DNA of 64,000 nt from Eledone cirrhosa (GCA_964016885.1 OZ024765.1:6758001-6822000); one strand, 5' to 3'; shown: positions 1-14,574, counted from the first letter of the stretch. The notes: generated by a model from the letters alone, not told the origin. Translations and numbers: made by a program.

Positions 1-47
1 TTTCTTTTCTTGAAATACCTCGAAACCAAAATCAAGGATTCTATGGA
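1..47 (-). CDS. TBL3: TBL3 exon 9 (partial, truncated by the window)
   Basis: SIESLILVSRYFKKR after a ttgcag acceptor; continues the PVYE-SIE motif. Confidence 0.8.
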
Positions 48-3000
48 CTGCAAAATAAAGAAGAGAAAATTTAGCCCCTTTAATACCAAAGCAGCAGAGA
101 TCACCCTTTGTTCTGTGATACAGAACTGTTTGTTTTAAAGCAGTGGTCACCAACCGCTGATCCGAGAGAAAATTTGGGTGGGCCGCAGAAAAATCTGAAC
201 ATTATTTGCAATTTTTATGTTTTCATCATCATTGTTTAACGTCTCTCTTCCACGCTAGCATGGGTTAGACTGGAATTGTCCCACTTGAAGCAAGATTGGA
301 CTATCTGGCAGGTTTTCTACGGCTGGACGCCCTTCCTAACACCAACCACATTTACAGTGTGTTTTATTAATAAGATAACAAAAATAATATTTGGTTAAAA
401 TATATTTTATAAACCCTCTTAAAAAATGTTCCTCCTTGGTAAAGAACTAACATCCATGAAAGAATTTTACACTTTTGAGTTTTTCAAAATTAAAGACTGG
501 CTTTCAATAGAAAAATGGTAACAAAAGTGTTTATATTAATCTAAAAACCCTCCACCATGATTTTATGTAAGAACCTTTGTTAAGTTATGTTCAAAACACT
601 AGCTCAATAATGAGTAAGTTAGGTATATTACTAAATCTCTCCAAATTTTTGAGTTTTTCAAAATTAAAGACTGGGGTTCAATAGAAAAATGGTAACAAAA
701 GTGTTTATATTTATCTAAAAACCCTCCACCATGATTTTATGTAAGAACCTTTGTTAAGTTATGTTCCAAAGACCAGCTTGGGAATGAGAAAGTTAGTTAT
801 ATTACTAAATCCCTTGATGGAAACTTTTAGATTACCTCATAGACAGGGATAGTCTTCTGGATCTTCAAAGTTGCTGAGTCCCAGAGAGTCACTACATTGT
901 CACGACCAGAACTAGAATTGAAACAGGGAAATTGTTATAAAAATAAATACATAGATGGAGAGATAGATAGATAGAGAGGGTGATAGATAGATTTCTTTAT
1001 TTGCCACAAGGGTGCACAAGAAAAGGGGACAATACAAAGACATGCCGGGGATTTTACATACAGTCGTGTAAAAAATATAAAAACAAACAATTACATCAAT
1101 CGGAATCCTCAATAGGGGGGAAGTGCCACAAATGGGTTGTTTAATACCCCATCGACAGAACAACCCTCAACTCCAGGAGCGTGTTGTGCAAGTGCTCCTT
1201 TCTTCCTTTTGCTCTCTTCTGTAACCTACAGGTTTATAAACAGAGAAGGTGGGCCTTCACTTGGGCCATTTTTGCTTCATTCACCCACCTTTCAGTAAAT
1301 TTACTGGGGTGCAGTGCCTCTCTCTCTCCACCCTGATTCTCCTTCTAAAGTGATACTTAAAGAAGGGAATCAATTGTTGTCCGGAGAGAAAGGCATCTGT
1401 CCTCAGTCCTCTCAATCTCGTCCACCATAGTCACCGTACAGAGGAAAACCGCCTATCTTTCGATTTTGAAAGAGGCTGGCGGTTTGATCCTTACCATGGA
1501 CTCGGCAGTCAACTGGATTTGTCCCATACGCGACAGCAGTTGTTCTGCATAGTTCCACAGGTTGGTTATGCCCGGGCAGTGTACAATTGCGTGCTGGACT
1601 GTTTCAATGTCCTGCGCGCATCAGAGAGGGTGATAGATAGTCAAATAGACAGATAGTGAAATGGAGAGAGATAGACAGATAGGGAGAGAGATAGATACAG
1701 AGAAAAATAGATAGATAGTCAAATGGAAAGAGTGAGAGAGAGTTAGATAGACAGATAGAGAGAGAGATAGTTAGATAGAGAGAAACCAGATAGATAGGGA
1801 AGGGATGAGATAGATAGATAGATAGAAAGGGAGTGAGAGAAGGGGTAAGATAGATAGATAGATAAATAGAAAGATAGAGAAGGGTGAGAGCGAAAGAAGA
1901 ATCTAGAATGAAATATTTTGAATCCCATACCTGACCATAGTCTTGAAGTCTTCAGTTAGAATCATATCGGTGACTGCTGCTGAGTGATGGTTACATTTCT
2001 GGACAACAGACTTTCTACGTAGATTGTGTAAACAGATTTCTCCATTGTCTGAGCCGGATAAAAGATTCACTTCTCCTTCCCCACAGGGAACAAACAAAAG
2101 ACACCTGGGAATTGAACACAAAGAAATACGTGTTGGTGTTTTGGTAAAATATACCCAGTCCACTCTGTAAAGTGGTAGTGCTGGTGCCATGATAAAATTC
2201 ATAGAATACACCCAGTGTACTCTGTAAAGTGGTAGTGCTGGTGTCATAAAATACATCCAGTACACTCTGTAAAGTGGTGGTGGTGCTGGTATTTTGATAA
2301 AATACACCCAGTACACTCTATAAAGTGGTAGTGTGGGTGCTATGATAAAATACACCCAATACACTCTGTAAGGTGGTAGTGCTGGTGTCATGATAAAAAA
2401 AAACACCCAGTACACTCTGTAAAGTGGTAGTGCTGGTGCTATGATAAGTCCAACACCCTTACCACTGGAGCAATGTGAAATAAATCGTTTTGCTCAAGAA
2501 CACAACACACAACCTAGTCTAGGAATCAAACTCACGACGTTATGATCGTAAGTCCAACACCTTTACCACTAAGCCAGTGCCTCCACTAAATATAATATAT
2601 AGATGTGTAAATATCTTCCTTACCGTATAATCCCAGAGTTCCTTTTAAAGTTGTGTGTACAATATCTTTGTTCAATGTCCCATACTTTTACGACAGAATC
2701 GATGCCTCCAGTTGCAAGTAGGTTCTCACTTTGATTGAATGTCATACTCTGGATATGGTTGGAGTGAAAAGACTGTGGAAAGACAACAACAACAACAATA
2801 ATAAAATTAACAATAATAATAATGGTTTCCGATTTAGGCACAAGGCCAGCAATTTGAGAGGTGGGAGGGGAAAGTTGATTAAATTGACCCCAGTACGTTA
2901 TAGGTAATTTATTTTATCAACCCCATAAGGCAAAGCAAACCTCAGCAGGATTTGAACTCAGAATGTAAAGGGCTGTAACTCTGTGCCATGATGCATGGTG

Positions 3001-6000
3001 TCAGACACTCTACTGATACTGCCAATCCACCAACCATAATAATAAAATATCTTGGCCAGCCTATGAACTTTTCAGCTGAACCTCATACGGGGGCCTTGTA
3101 ATGTTTGAGAGCTGTATATAGCTATGGTGCGGCCACACTTAGAATTTGCATCACCAGTCTGGAACCCCTATTTTGCTCAGAACATTGATCTCCTGGAAAC
3201 TATTCAGAGACGTGCAACCAAGTGAATACACTCCATTAGGCATCTACCATACTCTGAATGCCTTGCTTCCCTGGGCATGAATACATTGAAGCTCCGACAT
3301 CTGGCAACTGACTTGGTAGACACACACAAAGTTATTAACCATCTTGCCAACAACAACCCTGAGCACCTTTTTGAATTCTATGTGTCTAACACCTGTGGAC
3401 ATGCCAACAAAGTCAGAAAACAGTACAGCTCCCATGATTTTCGGAAACATTTCGGAACAAACTACCTGCATCAGTTGTTAGCTGTCGAGACACTGCCTCC
3501 TTTAAAACCTCCATGGAACAAACTACCTGCATCAGTTGTTAGCTGTCGTGACACTGCATCCTTTAAAACCTCCATGGAACAAACTACTTGCATCAGTTGT
3601 TAGCTGTCGAGACACTGCCTCCTTTAAAACCTCCATGGAACAAACTACCTGCATCAGTTGTTAGCTGTCGGGACACTGCATCCTTTAAAACCTCCATGTA
3701 ACAAACTACCTGCATCAGTTGTTAGCTGTCGTGACACTGCATCCTTTAAAACCTCCATGCTTCCTGAAATTCGCCGACACACACGCATGCATCTGTGTGT
3801 GTATCATGACTCATACACTGTTCACTTTCCTGACATTTGTACATCATTCTATGTACTAAACATACACCTTTGATGAATAGTGTACCTGAGCACTGTACAC
3901 AATAATTTCATTATTATTATAGACGTTCAAAAAGTTCTGAAGGGTTTCCTCCATACTTACCCTCCAAGAATAATTATGAGTCTGTTCTGAGGACAGATCT
4001 AACAGTGAGATCTGCAGTAGTGTATCAGCAACAACCAATCTCTAGAGAATAAAGAAAAAAACAGTTCAAGATGTTGACAGATTTACATAGGGAAGCCAAT
4101 AGTGTATATATTATTTTTAGTATTTAGAGAATATATACCCAATAGTGTGTATATTATGTTTAGTATTTAGAGAAGAATATATACCCAAAAGTGTGTATAT
4201 TATGTTTATAACAAAGTATTTAGAGAATATATACCCAATAGTATATATATTATTTTTATAACAATTTAGATAATAGATACCCAATAGTGTATATTACTAT
4301 ATTTATAACAAAATATTTAGAGAATATATACCCAATAGTTTGTATATATTATGTTTATAACAATTTAGATAAAAATATATACCCAAGTTTGTGTATATTA
4401 TGTTTATAACAAAGTATTTAGATAAAAATATATACCCACTAGTGTATATATTATGTTTATAACAAAGTATTTAGATAAAAATATATACCCAATAGTGTAT
4501 ATATTATGTTTATAACAAAGTACATGAAATTCTGAAGTTACTTCATGGATCCCCTAGTTCTACCTTTGTAGATCCCCACCTCCAAGCTTGGAACTGTTGG
4601 TTTATAGTAATCAAGCAACTCATCCCTATTTCAATTAATTAATATAGAAAATTATGTAGGAAGATTTTAATTTAACCCTTTAGCATTTAAACCGGCCAGA
4701 ATTCTCTCACCCTTTTCTGTTCAAACTGGCTATAACCGGCCACTCATACTGATATTAAGGTATAGTTCTCAAAATAAATAACATCAAAATCTCATAGATT
4801 CAATATTATGGGAGGTAAAGCCTTTACCATATAAATATAGAGTAATGTAAATGCTAAAGAATTAAATAGGAACCATTTAAAATGGGTGTTTTTGTTACAT
4901 AGAACCAGAGCCGGTTTTTAGCAGGTTGGTGTCTAAAGGGTTAAAGTTCAACTTACCTGTCCATTTGGAGACACCTGACTACACGTCACACCAAGATCAT
5001 CAGACTGCAATTAGAATTGAGAAAGTCAGGTATTTCAATATGAAGAATGGGAATTCCTATCATTTCAATACAATTTTTTTTTTAAATATAGTTTGTTTTT
5101 ATTTAAAAAATGGTTAATTACGATAAAATTAAACTAGTAATATGTGTTCAAAAGTATGTAGAGAATTATATAATAATGAAAATTATCGTGTACAGTGCTC
5201 AGGTGCATGTATAGTACATAAAATAATGTACAAATGTCAGGAAAGTGAACAGTGTATGAGTCCTGATATACACACAGATACATGTGTGCATGTGTATGGA
5301 GGGGGGAATATCAGATGTAGTGTTGCCGAATTTCAGGAAGCATGGAGGTTTTGAAGAATGCAATGTCCCAACAGATAACAACCGATGCAGGTAATTTGTT
5401 CCATGCTTCAGCAACGCTGAGCATGAAAACATGTCATACTTTAAAACCTCCATGCTTCCCGAAATTCACCAACACTACAGCTGATATTCCCCCTCCAAAC
5501 GCACACTGTTCACTTTCCTGACATTTGTATATTATTCTATGTACTATACATGCACCTTTGATGAGTTGTAGTACACTTGAGCACAGTATACAACAATCTT
5601 CATTATTATTATATTAAAATCAATCACTGAGATGGACACATCCCTCAAAGGAACAGATCTGCATGCTGCAATGGTTGACCAAAGACTTCAGAGCTTGATC
5701 TGTGTCAACACCTCACCACCACCTCAAGATGTCTCTACAGCAGTGGTTCCCAAAGTGGGTTCCAAAAAGGAGTGTCTGAGGTTCCATGAAAAAAGGTAGA
5801 GGAATATATTTATATTACGACCATATAACAATATTAGACTTTCTCCCTAAAGTTTCTGCAACAAAAAGGGTTTTGTGCTTGAAAAAGTTTTGGAAACCCT
5901 GCTCTACAGTATTGAAATGGTTAAAGGATGATGAAGAAATATTTAACTTACCAGCTGTATAGTCCGAGTTATTTTCCCTGAATCTAGGGACACAACATTC

Positions 6001-7400
6001 ACCTGTGTTTTATAGATGCATATCAAATGGTTTTGTGTCACCTGAATTAAAAAGATATTTAATTGATTAAGATTCATGGAAATGTTAAACAATTTTTTTT
6101 TTTAAAGGGAAAGGGGTTGATCTAATTTGATCAAGAAAACAATGATTTCTTTGATCTTTATATTGCTGATGTTGTCTGTCAGAACAAAGAAGCTGATCAT
6201 CAGATAAGACCAAGGAAACAATGTTTCTATTGGTCTTTCCATTACTGATACTGTCTGCCAGTCACAACTACTGTCAAAAGAATGGAGTTCATCATCAGAT
6301 AAGACCAAGGAAACCATCTTTCCATTGCTGACACTGTCTGTTGGTCATAGATTTCATCAAGGAAACTACTTTAATTCAAATGTTTACAGTAACTTTACTA
6401 GTGGACAGATTGTTGTGAAAATTTGCAATATTATAGTAAAGACTTCAATTTTTAATGCAGTTATAGTACTGTTTTGTACTTTTTAAAAACGCCTTGCTAA
6501 TGTGGTTACTGTCATACAGTGGAGAGATGGAGGGAGTGGTGTTTATTCTATAAGTTGTATTAGAGAAGGAGGGTAGAACTGTGTGAAGATTGGAACTAGG
6601 TTCATCAGTATAACCAGTATTCTATAAGACAGGAGTCGGCAAACCCTGGTTTGCAAAAGATTGTGGCTTGCCAACGAGACACTGCATAGCTATGTGGCTT
6701 GCCAACGAGACACTGCACAATGTGGCCCGCACACCCTAATAGGTTGATGACTCCAGCTATAAGAGTTCCAGAAAGACAGAAATACTCACCGAAATCTTGC
6801 CTGCACTGTAGAATGGGCCATACTCCACTGTTTTACTGAAACTGGAAGAAAACAAAAGACAATAGTGCTTCAAGATCTCCATCATTTTCCATGAACAATA
6901 TGAAATTGTAAGATATGGTGAACAAATTTCTCCATTTATGTTTAGCCTATTACAAACTTAGATCATAAATTATGAAGCAAATCTACCTGGAGTGACTCTC
7001 TGATCTGCGTACTTTATCGAGTAACGTTACTCCAAAGACCCTTCGGGTGAACCCCATTTTGACCGCTTGTATTCGCGATCGTATTCTTTCAGTCATTACC
7101 CAAGATTTATGACTATAGGTAACGGTTGGCACGAAAACCGAATTGAAAACAGCGAGTCCTCATCCTTTAAATATCCTCATTTTGTGTAAGAGATACGTCC
7201 AACACCAGATCTTAGTCTGTTTAGGCATTTCCACACTGTATAGTTTGTATCTGCTCCATGCTGTTACAAGATATGAAAACAAAGTCGGAGGCTGGAAAGA
7301 AGACACTAAACTAGAATTATGGCTAACCATTGCTTCATCCTGACAATCGTTAATCAACCAATAATAAATATACTTACTGGATCGTTTTCTCTTTAGACAT
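1..7400 (-). CDS. TBL3: Transducin beta-like protein 3 / UTP13 (WD40 SSU-processome subunit), 5' part; gene continues beyond the left edge
   Basis: Coding exons in transcript order: 7378-7400, 6790-6841, 5952-6041, 4957-5004, 3961-4041, 2624-2772, 1931-2104, 836-911, <1-47. All are GT-AG with matching phases. Translation MSKEKTIHFSKTVEYGPFYSAGKI...LLATGGIDSVVKVWDIEQRYCTHNFK...HHSAAVTDM...SSGRDNVVTLWD...KTIPVYESIESL matches remembered TBL3 motifs (PFYxGGK, LLATGGxDxxVxVWD, SSGRD, TVPVFESVE). Confidence 0.93.
836..911 (-). CDS. TBL3: TBL3 exon 8
   Basis: SGRDNVVTLWDSATLKIQKTIPVYE; ctag/gtaat. Confidence 0.92.
991..1620 (-). mobile_element. 3' fragment of an L1/Tx1-type LINE in a (CTAT)n/(GATA)n tract
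   Basis: Minus strand reads CAQDIETVQHAIVHCPGITNLW (end of the zf-RVT CCHC) and later WWTRLRGL; it ends AATAAAGAAAT followed by (CTAT)n. Confidence 0.7.
1931..2104 (-). CDS. TBL3: TBL3 exon 7
   Basis: CLLFVP...LLSGSDNGEICLHNL...HHSAAVTDMILTEDFKTMV; ccag/gtatgg. Confidence 0.92.
2624..2772 (-). CDS. TBL3: TBL3 exon 6
   Basis: SFHSNHIQSMTFNQSENLLATGGIDSVVKVWD... WD40 repeat; acag/gtaagg. Confidence 0.93.
3095..3920 (+). mobile_element. CR1/L2-group LINE 3' fragment with five internal 61-bp tandem repeats
   Basis: VRPHLEFASPVWNP...IQRRATK...LKLRHLATDL...WNKLPASVV; tail gcacctgagcactgtacacaataatttc(att)n. Other copies or tails at 5175-5610 (two, opposite orientation), 13665-14035, 29190-29310, 34531-34960, 40200-40370, 41255-41365. 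Confidence 0.85.
3961..4041 (-). CDS. TBL3: TBL3 exon 5
   Basis: RLVVADTLLQISLLDLSSEQTHNYSWR; ctag/gtaagt. Confidence 0.85.
4957..5004 (-). CDS. TBL3: TBL3 exon 4
   Basis: SDDLGVTCSQVSPNGQ; gcag/gtaagt. Confidence 0.85.
5741..5901. mobile_element. hAT-type MITE with 8-bp TSD CTCTACAG
   Basis: CAGTGGTTCCCAAA...TTTGGAAACCCTG termini; TSD at 5733-5740 and 5902-5909. Confidence 0.8.
5952..6041 (-). CDS. TBL3: TBL3 exon 3
   Basis: VTQNHLICIYKTQVNVVSLDSGKITRTIQL; tcag/gtaagt. Confidence 0.88.
6630..6756. mobile_element. hAT-type MITE with 8-bp TSD CTATAAGA
   Basis: CAGGAGTCGGCAA...TTGATGACTCCAG termini; TSD at 6622-6629 and 6757-6764. Confidence 0.8.
6790..6841 (-). CDS. TBL3: TBL3 exon 2
   Basis: FSKTVEYGPFYSAGKIS; ccag acceptor, gtgagt donor. 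Confidence 0.9.
7378..7400 (-). CDS. TBL3: TBL3 coding exon 1 (MSKEKTIH)
   Basis: ATG at 7400-7398; gtaagt donor; phase 2 fits the next exon. Confidence 0.8.
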
Positions 7401-8131
7401 CGTGAAAAGTTATGTTGAAAATAGGAAAGCAAAAATAACAAACACGTGTTTACTACCGGATGTTTCACCGGTCTTACATACGCATGCGCAACATTACATT
7501 TTACGACTTTTCCTAACTTTTATTGGCATTTACACACACGCATTTATTTATATATATATATTCATATATACACAATCATATATATATATTTGTGTGTCCG
7601 TGTCTGCATTTGTTTATGCCTCGTAAATTAGGTCGATAAAATAAGTACCAGACTTGATAAAAATAAAAAATAAATGACTGCGGTCGATATGATTGATTGA
7701 AAACAAACAAACAAAATCTCTTTAAGACGGTGCCCCAGCATGGCCGCAGTTGAACGACTGAAACAAAGTCACAGAATAAAAAATTATTATATTCGACACC
7801 TCAAAACACTTTCACTTTCCCAGAACATATTCTACGCGGAACTAACTTTCCCTTTACACCGGCGGTAATATTGCATCCCTCATTAGGCGATCGTGCAGTG
7901 ATCATTGCTCATCGATTAATCGATTGCCTAGCGGTTTGTCGTCTCTTCTGTCTCACATGGCAATGTTTCTCTGTCACTGGGGCCTACATCAACCGCATGT
8001 TCTCGCCATTGCTGCTAAGACTACATACCAAGGCGACCATTTATAGCCGCTGCCCTCCATATTTTTTATTTCTTATAATATTTTAAATACTTGCTTCTCT
8101 CTCTCCGTCTCGACTTGCCTACCTGTATATT
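7401..8131. promoter_or_regulatory. Shared divergent promoter / 5'UTR region of TBL3 and DUS1L
   Basis: The two ATGs are about 730 bp apart, head-to-head, and the region is locally CpG-richer. Motifs: palindromic E-box AAACACGTGTTT (7440-7451), ETS-like CCGGATGT (7456-7463), NRF1-like ACGCATGCGCA (7480-7490), palindrome ATCGATTAATCGAT (7911-7924). Confidence 0.65.
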
Positions 8132-8183
8132 ATGGCTAAACACATCAAACGTGATGAATCAAACATGTGTGAAGACGAAACAG
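8132..8183 (+). CDS. DUS1L: DUS1L coding exon 1
   Basis: [17 protein letters not shown]; gtaact donor; phase 1 fits exon 2. Confidence 0.75.
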
Positions 8184-8296
8184 GTAACTTACTCTTGTGT
8201 GTGTGTATATATATTTATATATACTTTTTATTTGTTAGTGGCAGCATGACCCTCCCAAAGTATAACTATATATATTTATACTATATATGTGTGTAT

Positions 8297-8337
<41 letters not shown>

Positions 8338-8493
8338 ATATATATTAATGGTTTGACTTTTCTCAACTTCCACGCTGTTTAATCAAACACTAAATATTTC
8401 GAATCCCACAGGCGTCCTTATCCACCTTTTAAGGAGTATTTTACTCTAATTTTTTAAACTATTATTTATACTTATCTGCAGTGTTTAACATAT

Positions 8494-8536
<43 letters not shown>

Positions 8537-11500
8537 CACGTCTGTGTGTGTTGTATTCCCTTACCTAAAAAATATATCGACTTTGCATAACTCTCGCCGT
8601 TAACCTAGTATGGAAATCTTAACAACAGCAAAAGAAAAAATTTTTATTAAATCATTAAAAATGAGGTGGAATGGCCAAATCGGTTGAGCATCGGACAAAA
8701 TGCCTCTGCGGTACTTTTCCGGCTTTTTACGTTCTGAGTTCAAATCCCGCCGAGGTCAGCTTTGCCTTTCATTCTCCCAGGGTCGATTTAATCGACTTTC
8801 CCCTCCACAAAATTGTTAGTTTTGTGTCTAAATCAGAAACCATTATTAAATCATTAAAAGGACCGTGGAATGGCAGAATCGGTAGAGCGTTGGACACAAT
8901 GCTACTGCGGTACTTTTCCGGCTCTTTACGTTGTGAGTTCAAATGCTGCCGAAGTTAGCTTTGCCTTTCATCCTTTCAGGGTCGATAAAATAAAGTACCA
9001 GTTACGTACTTGGGTGGATATATAATCGATTTCCCCCCTTCCCTCAAAAGTTTGGTATTGTATCTAAATTAGAAAATATCAAATTATTATAGCTCTCGTT
9101 TTAAAGTTATATTTATCTAAAAACCTTCCATCCTACTTTTACGTAAGAACCTTTGTTAAGTCAAGATGTATAAAAATATAATAATATAATTCATTGAACA
9201 ATAATGATAAATAAAAGAAAAAAAGAGGTGTGGGGCAATTCACCACCATGTGTGATAATCAACCACACTTCACACCTTAGGCAAGCCAACATGCTTGTAG
9301 CATTACCACGGGTAATGGCGAGGCTAAGGTGCTGAAATAACCAGACACCCTCACAGGTATCGCCTGACACCTCAGTAAGGTGAGCCGTCAGTAATGACAA
9401 GAACTTCGCTGGCAGCGGCCCAACCCTCCCAAATGTCTCAAACGCCACAGGCAGGAAAAAGTTGTTTGTTAAGTTATGTTCCAAACTCTAGCTTTGAGTG
9501 AGAAATGTAGTTATATAAATAAATCCTTCTAAATGTCAGGAATAAGTGAAAGAAGGAGGCTTGATTTTTATCTTTCTTTTTTTTTTTTTTTCTTCAGACA
9601 GATCTTCTGAAAAACCGAAGGGATTTGATTTTTGGAAAACCAAGCTGAACAGCGCCAAATATATTGTCGCACCCATGGTGGACCAGAGTGAGTTAGCTTG
9701 GAGAATGTTGAGTCGGAAGTATGGAGCACAACTGTGTTATACACCCATGCTGCATGCGTCCGTCTTCACACGGAATCAAACGTATCGGGAGGAATCTCTA
9801 ACCACATGTGAGGAAGACCGACCCCTCATTGTTCAGGTAAGGCATGTGGAACAGAGAAACAGAACTGAAATAGTTGGTGTGTTGCGATGAGCATATATGG
9901 CCTCGTGTTTAGGGTTAGTGTTTAATTGTGATGTAGTCAGGTATGATAAAAATAATGTTGCATATACATGATGATTAATCAACCTGTATAGCACCCAGTC
10001 CACTCTGTAATAATGGTGAGCTACAAAAGAACCTTTGTTAAATTATGTTCCAAACACCAGCTTAATACTAAACAAAGTTTGTTATTTTGTCAAACCTGTT
10101 CAAATATTTGATTATTTTGGGAAATTTGAAAACCATAGACAGTGTCTTTCATTAGAAATATGGTAATGAAAGGGTTAATGACATAGACAGTGTCTTTCAT
10201 TAGAAATATGGTAATAAAAGGGTTACAGACAGACAGACAGTGTCTTTCATTAGAAATATGGTAATGAAAGGGTTAAAGACATAGACAGTGTCTTTCATTA
10301 GAAATATGGCAATGAAAGGGTTACAGACATAGACAGTGTCTTTCATAAGAAATATGGTAATGAAAGGGTTAATGACATAGACAGTGTCTTTCATAAGAAA
10401 TATGGTAATGAAAGGTTAAAGACATAAGCAGTGTCTTACATTAGAAATATGGTAATGAAAGGGTTAAAGTGTTTATATTTATCTAAAAATCTTCCATCAT
10501 AATTTTATGTAAAAGCCTTTGTTAAGTTATGTTCCAAACACCAGCTTAATAATGAGAAAGTTAGTTGTATTACAAAATCCCTCCTAGTTATGATTTGAAA
10601 ACCATAGGTAATGTGTTTTATTTAAGATATGGTAATCAAGGTCAAGGTGTTTATATTTATCTAAAAAGCTATCGTAATTTTATAGAAGAATCTTTATGTT
10701 CCAAACACTAGTTTAATACTGAGAAAGTTAGTTATATTATTAAATCCTTCCAAATTCTTGATTATTTTATAAAGGATTTGAAAATTATAGACAGTGTCTT
10801 TCATTAAAAATATGGTAATGAAAAGGTTAGTGTTTATATTTATGTAAAACCCGTCACAATTTTATATAAGAATATAAGAACTTTTGTTGAGTGTCTTCCG
10901 TTAGAAATATGGTAATGAAAGGTTAACGTGCTTATATTTAAAAACCTTCCATCATAATTTTATGTAAGCAGTGTCTTTCATTCAAAATATGATAGCAAAA
11001 GGGTTAAAAAAAACAAAAGGAATTAAATGATTTTTTTTATTGTGTTCAGTTCTGTGCCAATGACCCGAAGACATTACTGCAAGCTGCTAAGTTAGCCGAA
11101 AAATATTGTGAAGCCATCGATATTAACCTGGGGTGCCCACAGAAAATTGCCAAAAAGGGACACTATGGTGCCTTTCTTCAAGACGAATGGGATCTTCTCT
11201 ACAAAATGGGTGAGTTTTAGGTTTAGGTCTTGTTTTGTTTCATTATTGGTAACCAGTGGATTGGCAGTATCGGTAGAGCATCAGACAACATGCTTTGCAG
11301 CATAGAGTTACGGCCCTTTGTGTTCTGAGTTCAAATCCCGCTGAGGTTAGCTTTGCCTTTCTTCCTTACGGGGGGGGGGGCGATAAAATAAAGTACCAGT
11401 AATGCACTGGGGCTGACTTAATTGACTTTCCCCCAAATTGTTGATAAAATAAAGTACCAGTAATGCACTGGGAACGATTTAATTGACTTTCCCCGTAAAT

Positions 11501-14500
11501 TGTTGATAAAATAAAGTACCAGGAATGCACTGGGGTCAATTTAATCGATTTTCCTCTCACCCAAAATTGTTGGCCTTGTGCCTAAAACAGAAACCATTGT
11601 CTCTACAAAGGTTAACTTTGCCTTTCATCCTTACAGGGTCAATAAAATAAAGTACCAGTAATGTACTGGACTCCATTTAATCCACTTTCCCCTCCCCTGT
11701 GCCTAAATCAGAAGCTATTATTTATAATCAAGGGCGATGGATTGGCAGTATCGGTAGAGGGTCGGACGCCATGCTTTGTACCATAGTTACGTCCCTTTAT
11801 GGTCTGAGGTCAAATCCCGCCGAGGTTAACTTTGCCTTTCGTCCTTACGGGGTCGATAAAATAAAGTACCAGTAATACACTGGGTAATTGCTGGCCTTGT
11901 GCCAATAGTAGAAACAATTATTTATAATCAGTGAAGGCAGAATAATTAGACTGTCTGATAAAATGCTCTCCATCATTTAGTTACAGCCCTTTACATTCTT
12001 AGTTCAAGTCACTAGGGAGCTTGTCCCTCTCTGCATACATATAGAGACAGAGAGACAGACAGATGGACAACATTCTTGACAGATCGTGTATATGTGTGTG
12101 TGTATGTGCATACATTTATATGAATGAGTATATAAATATAAACGCACAAATAGACACACTTACAAAAATACACACCCACTGACATATGTTCACTCAAACA
12201 TACATACATTCACACAAACAGACACATACATTCACACTTACACATACACACACACACATACATTTACACAAATACACACATACATTCACACAAACAGACA
12301 CATACATTCACACTTACACATACACACACACACATACATTTACACAAATACACACATACATTCACACAAACAGACACATACATTCACACTTACACATACA
12401 TTTACACAAATACACACATACATTCACACAAACAGACACATACATTCACATTCACACAGACACATACATTTACACAAATACACACATACATTCACACAAA
12501 CACATACATTCACATAAACAGACACATACATTTACACAAATACACACATACATTCACACAAACACATACATTCACATAAACAGACACATACATTTACACA
12601 AATACACACATACATTCACACAAACAGACACATACATTCACATTCACACAGACACATACATTTACACAAATACACACATACATTCACACAAACACATACA
12701 TTCACATAAACAGACACATACATTTACACAAATACACACATACATTCACACAAACACATACATTCACGCAAACAGACACATACATTTACACAAATACACA
12801 CATACATTCACACAAACACATACATTCACGCAAACAGACACATACATTTACACAAATACACACATACATTCACACAAACACATACATTTACACAAACAGA
12901 CACATACATTTACACAAATACACACATACATTCACACAAACACATACATTCACGCAAACAGACACATACATTTACACAAATACACACATACATTCACACA
13001 AACACATACATTCACGCAAACAGACACATACATTTACACAAATACACACATACATTCACACAAACACATACATTCACGCAAACAGACACATACATTTACA
13101 CAAATACACACATACATTCACACAAACACATACATTCACATAAACAGACACATACATTTACACAAATACACACATACATTCACACAAACACATACATTCA
13201 CATAAACAGACACATACATTTACGCAAATACACACATACATTTACACAAACAGACACATACATTCACACATACATTGCCGCAAACACACACACACATACA
13301 TTTACACAAACACTCATACACAGCATAGTTTTTTCATCACCCCCTGCCTTCCTTTTACACACATGCATTAAGAGAGAGGAGTAGTATGAGGTAGTCAAAC
13401 TACTCCCCTCTCTCTTTACGTGTTGTAACAGCATCACAGAAATTTATGTATAGATATCATTTCATCTATTTTATTCTTCTACCTTCATGTTCCCCCACCC
13501 CAGTGGACATCTGCAATTGTCATCTCTCTGTCCCTGTTACCTGCAAAATACGGGTATTTGAATGTGTCGAAAAAACTGTGAAATATGCTCAGATGCTGGA
13601 AAAGGCTGGATGTCAGGTGAGTAGGTTTATTTTAGTTTATGAAGTATTGTGTGTTATCTTGGTACACTGCCTGCGTCAATTGTTAGCTGCCGAGACACTG
13701 CATCCTTTAAGACACTCATGCTTCCCGAAATATGCCAGAACTACACCTGATGTACCCCTTCCATACCCATGCACACATGTGTGTATCATGACTCGTGCAC
13801 TGTTCATTTTACTGATGTTTGTGCATTGCCCTATGTACTGTACATGCACTTTTTTGATGAGTTGTGGTGCACCTGGGCACTGTACACAATATTTCATTAT
13901 TGTTATTGTTATTGTATCATGACTCATACACTGTTCATTTTCCTGACACTTTATTATTCTATGTACTATACATGCACCTTTGATGAGTTGTAGTGCACCT
14001 GAGCACTGTACACAATAATTTCATTATTATTATTATAAGTGTCTGTCTCTTACTGGCTAGGCCTATAATGTCTTTTTGGTTTGTCTTTCTTCACTCTCTC
14101 TCTTCTTGTTCTCCGCTGTTGTGTCTGCCTTTTTAGAACTTAACATCCAAACTAACAGAAAACAGACCTGTCAACTCTCCCCATCCGATGGGGGAGATCT
14201 CCCACCCACTTTGGGGTGGGTGAGATATGTCTTCTCTTGGGAAAATGTGTATAGCTTTCATTATGGTACTCTCCATTTGGGTTTTAGAGGTTGGCAGGTC
14301 TGGGAAAATACTTTTATTAACCTTTGTATATTGTCTGTCTTTTCCATCTTGTTTGTATGTGTGTGTGTGTGCATATATATGTATATATGTATATATATAT
14401 ATATATATAGTAATAATAATAAATTTGAAGACTAAAATCCAAAGAGGGCTCGATAAGGATAAATATATATCAAATATATAAGAACCGTAGAGCAAATATT

Positions 14501-14574
14501 TATGTATCTGTATGTATATATGTATGCATGTCGGGTCACTCTTGAGTGCTACTAAATTTTAATCTGTTATTTTA

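Noticed and set aside
6185-6232. Hammerhead-like CTGATCA...GAAAC (also degenerate ones near 8390-8440 and 14180-14232)
   Set aside because: Core mutated and stems not supported.
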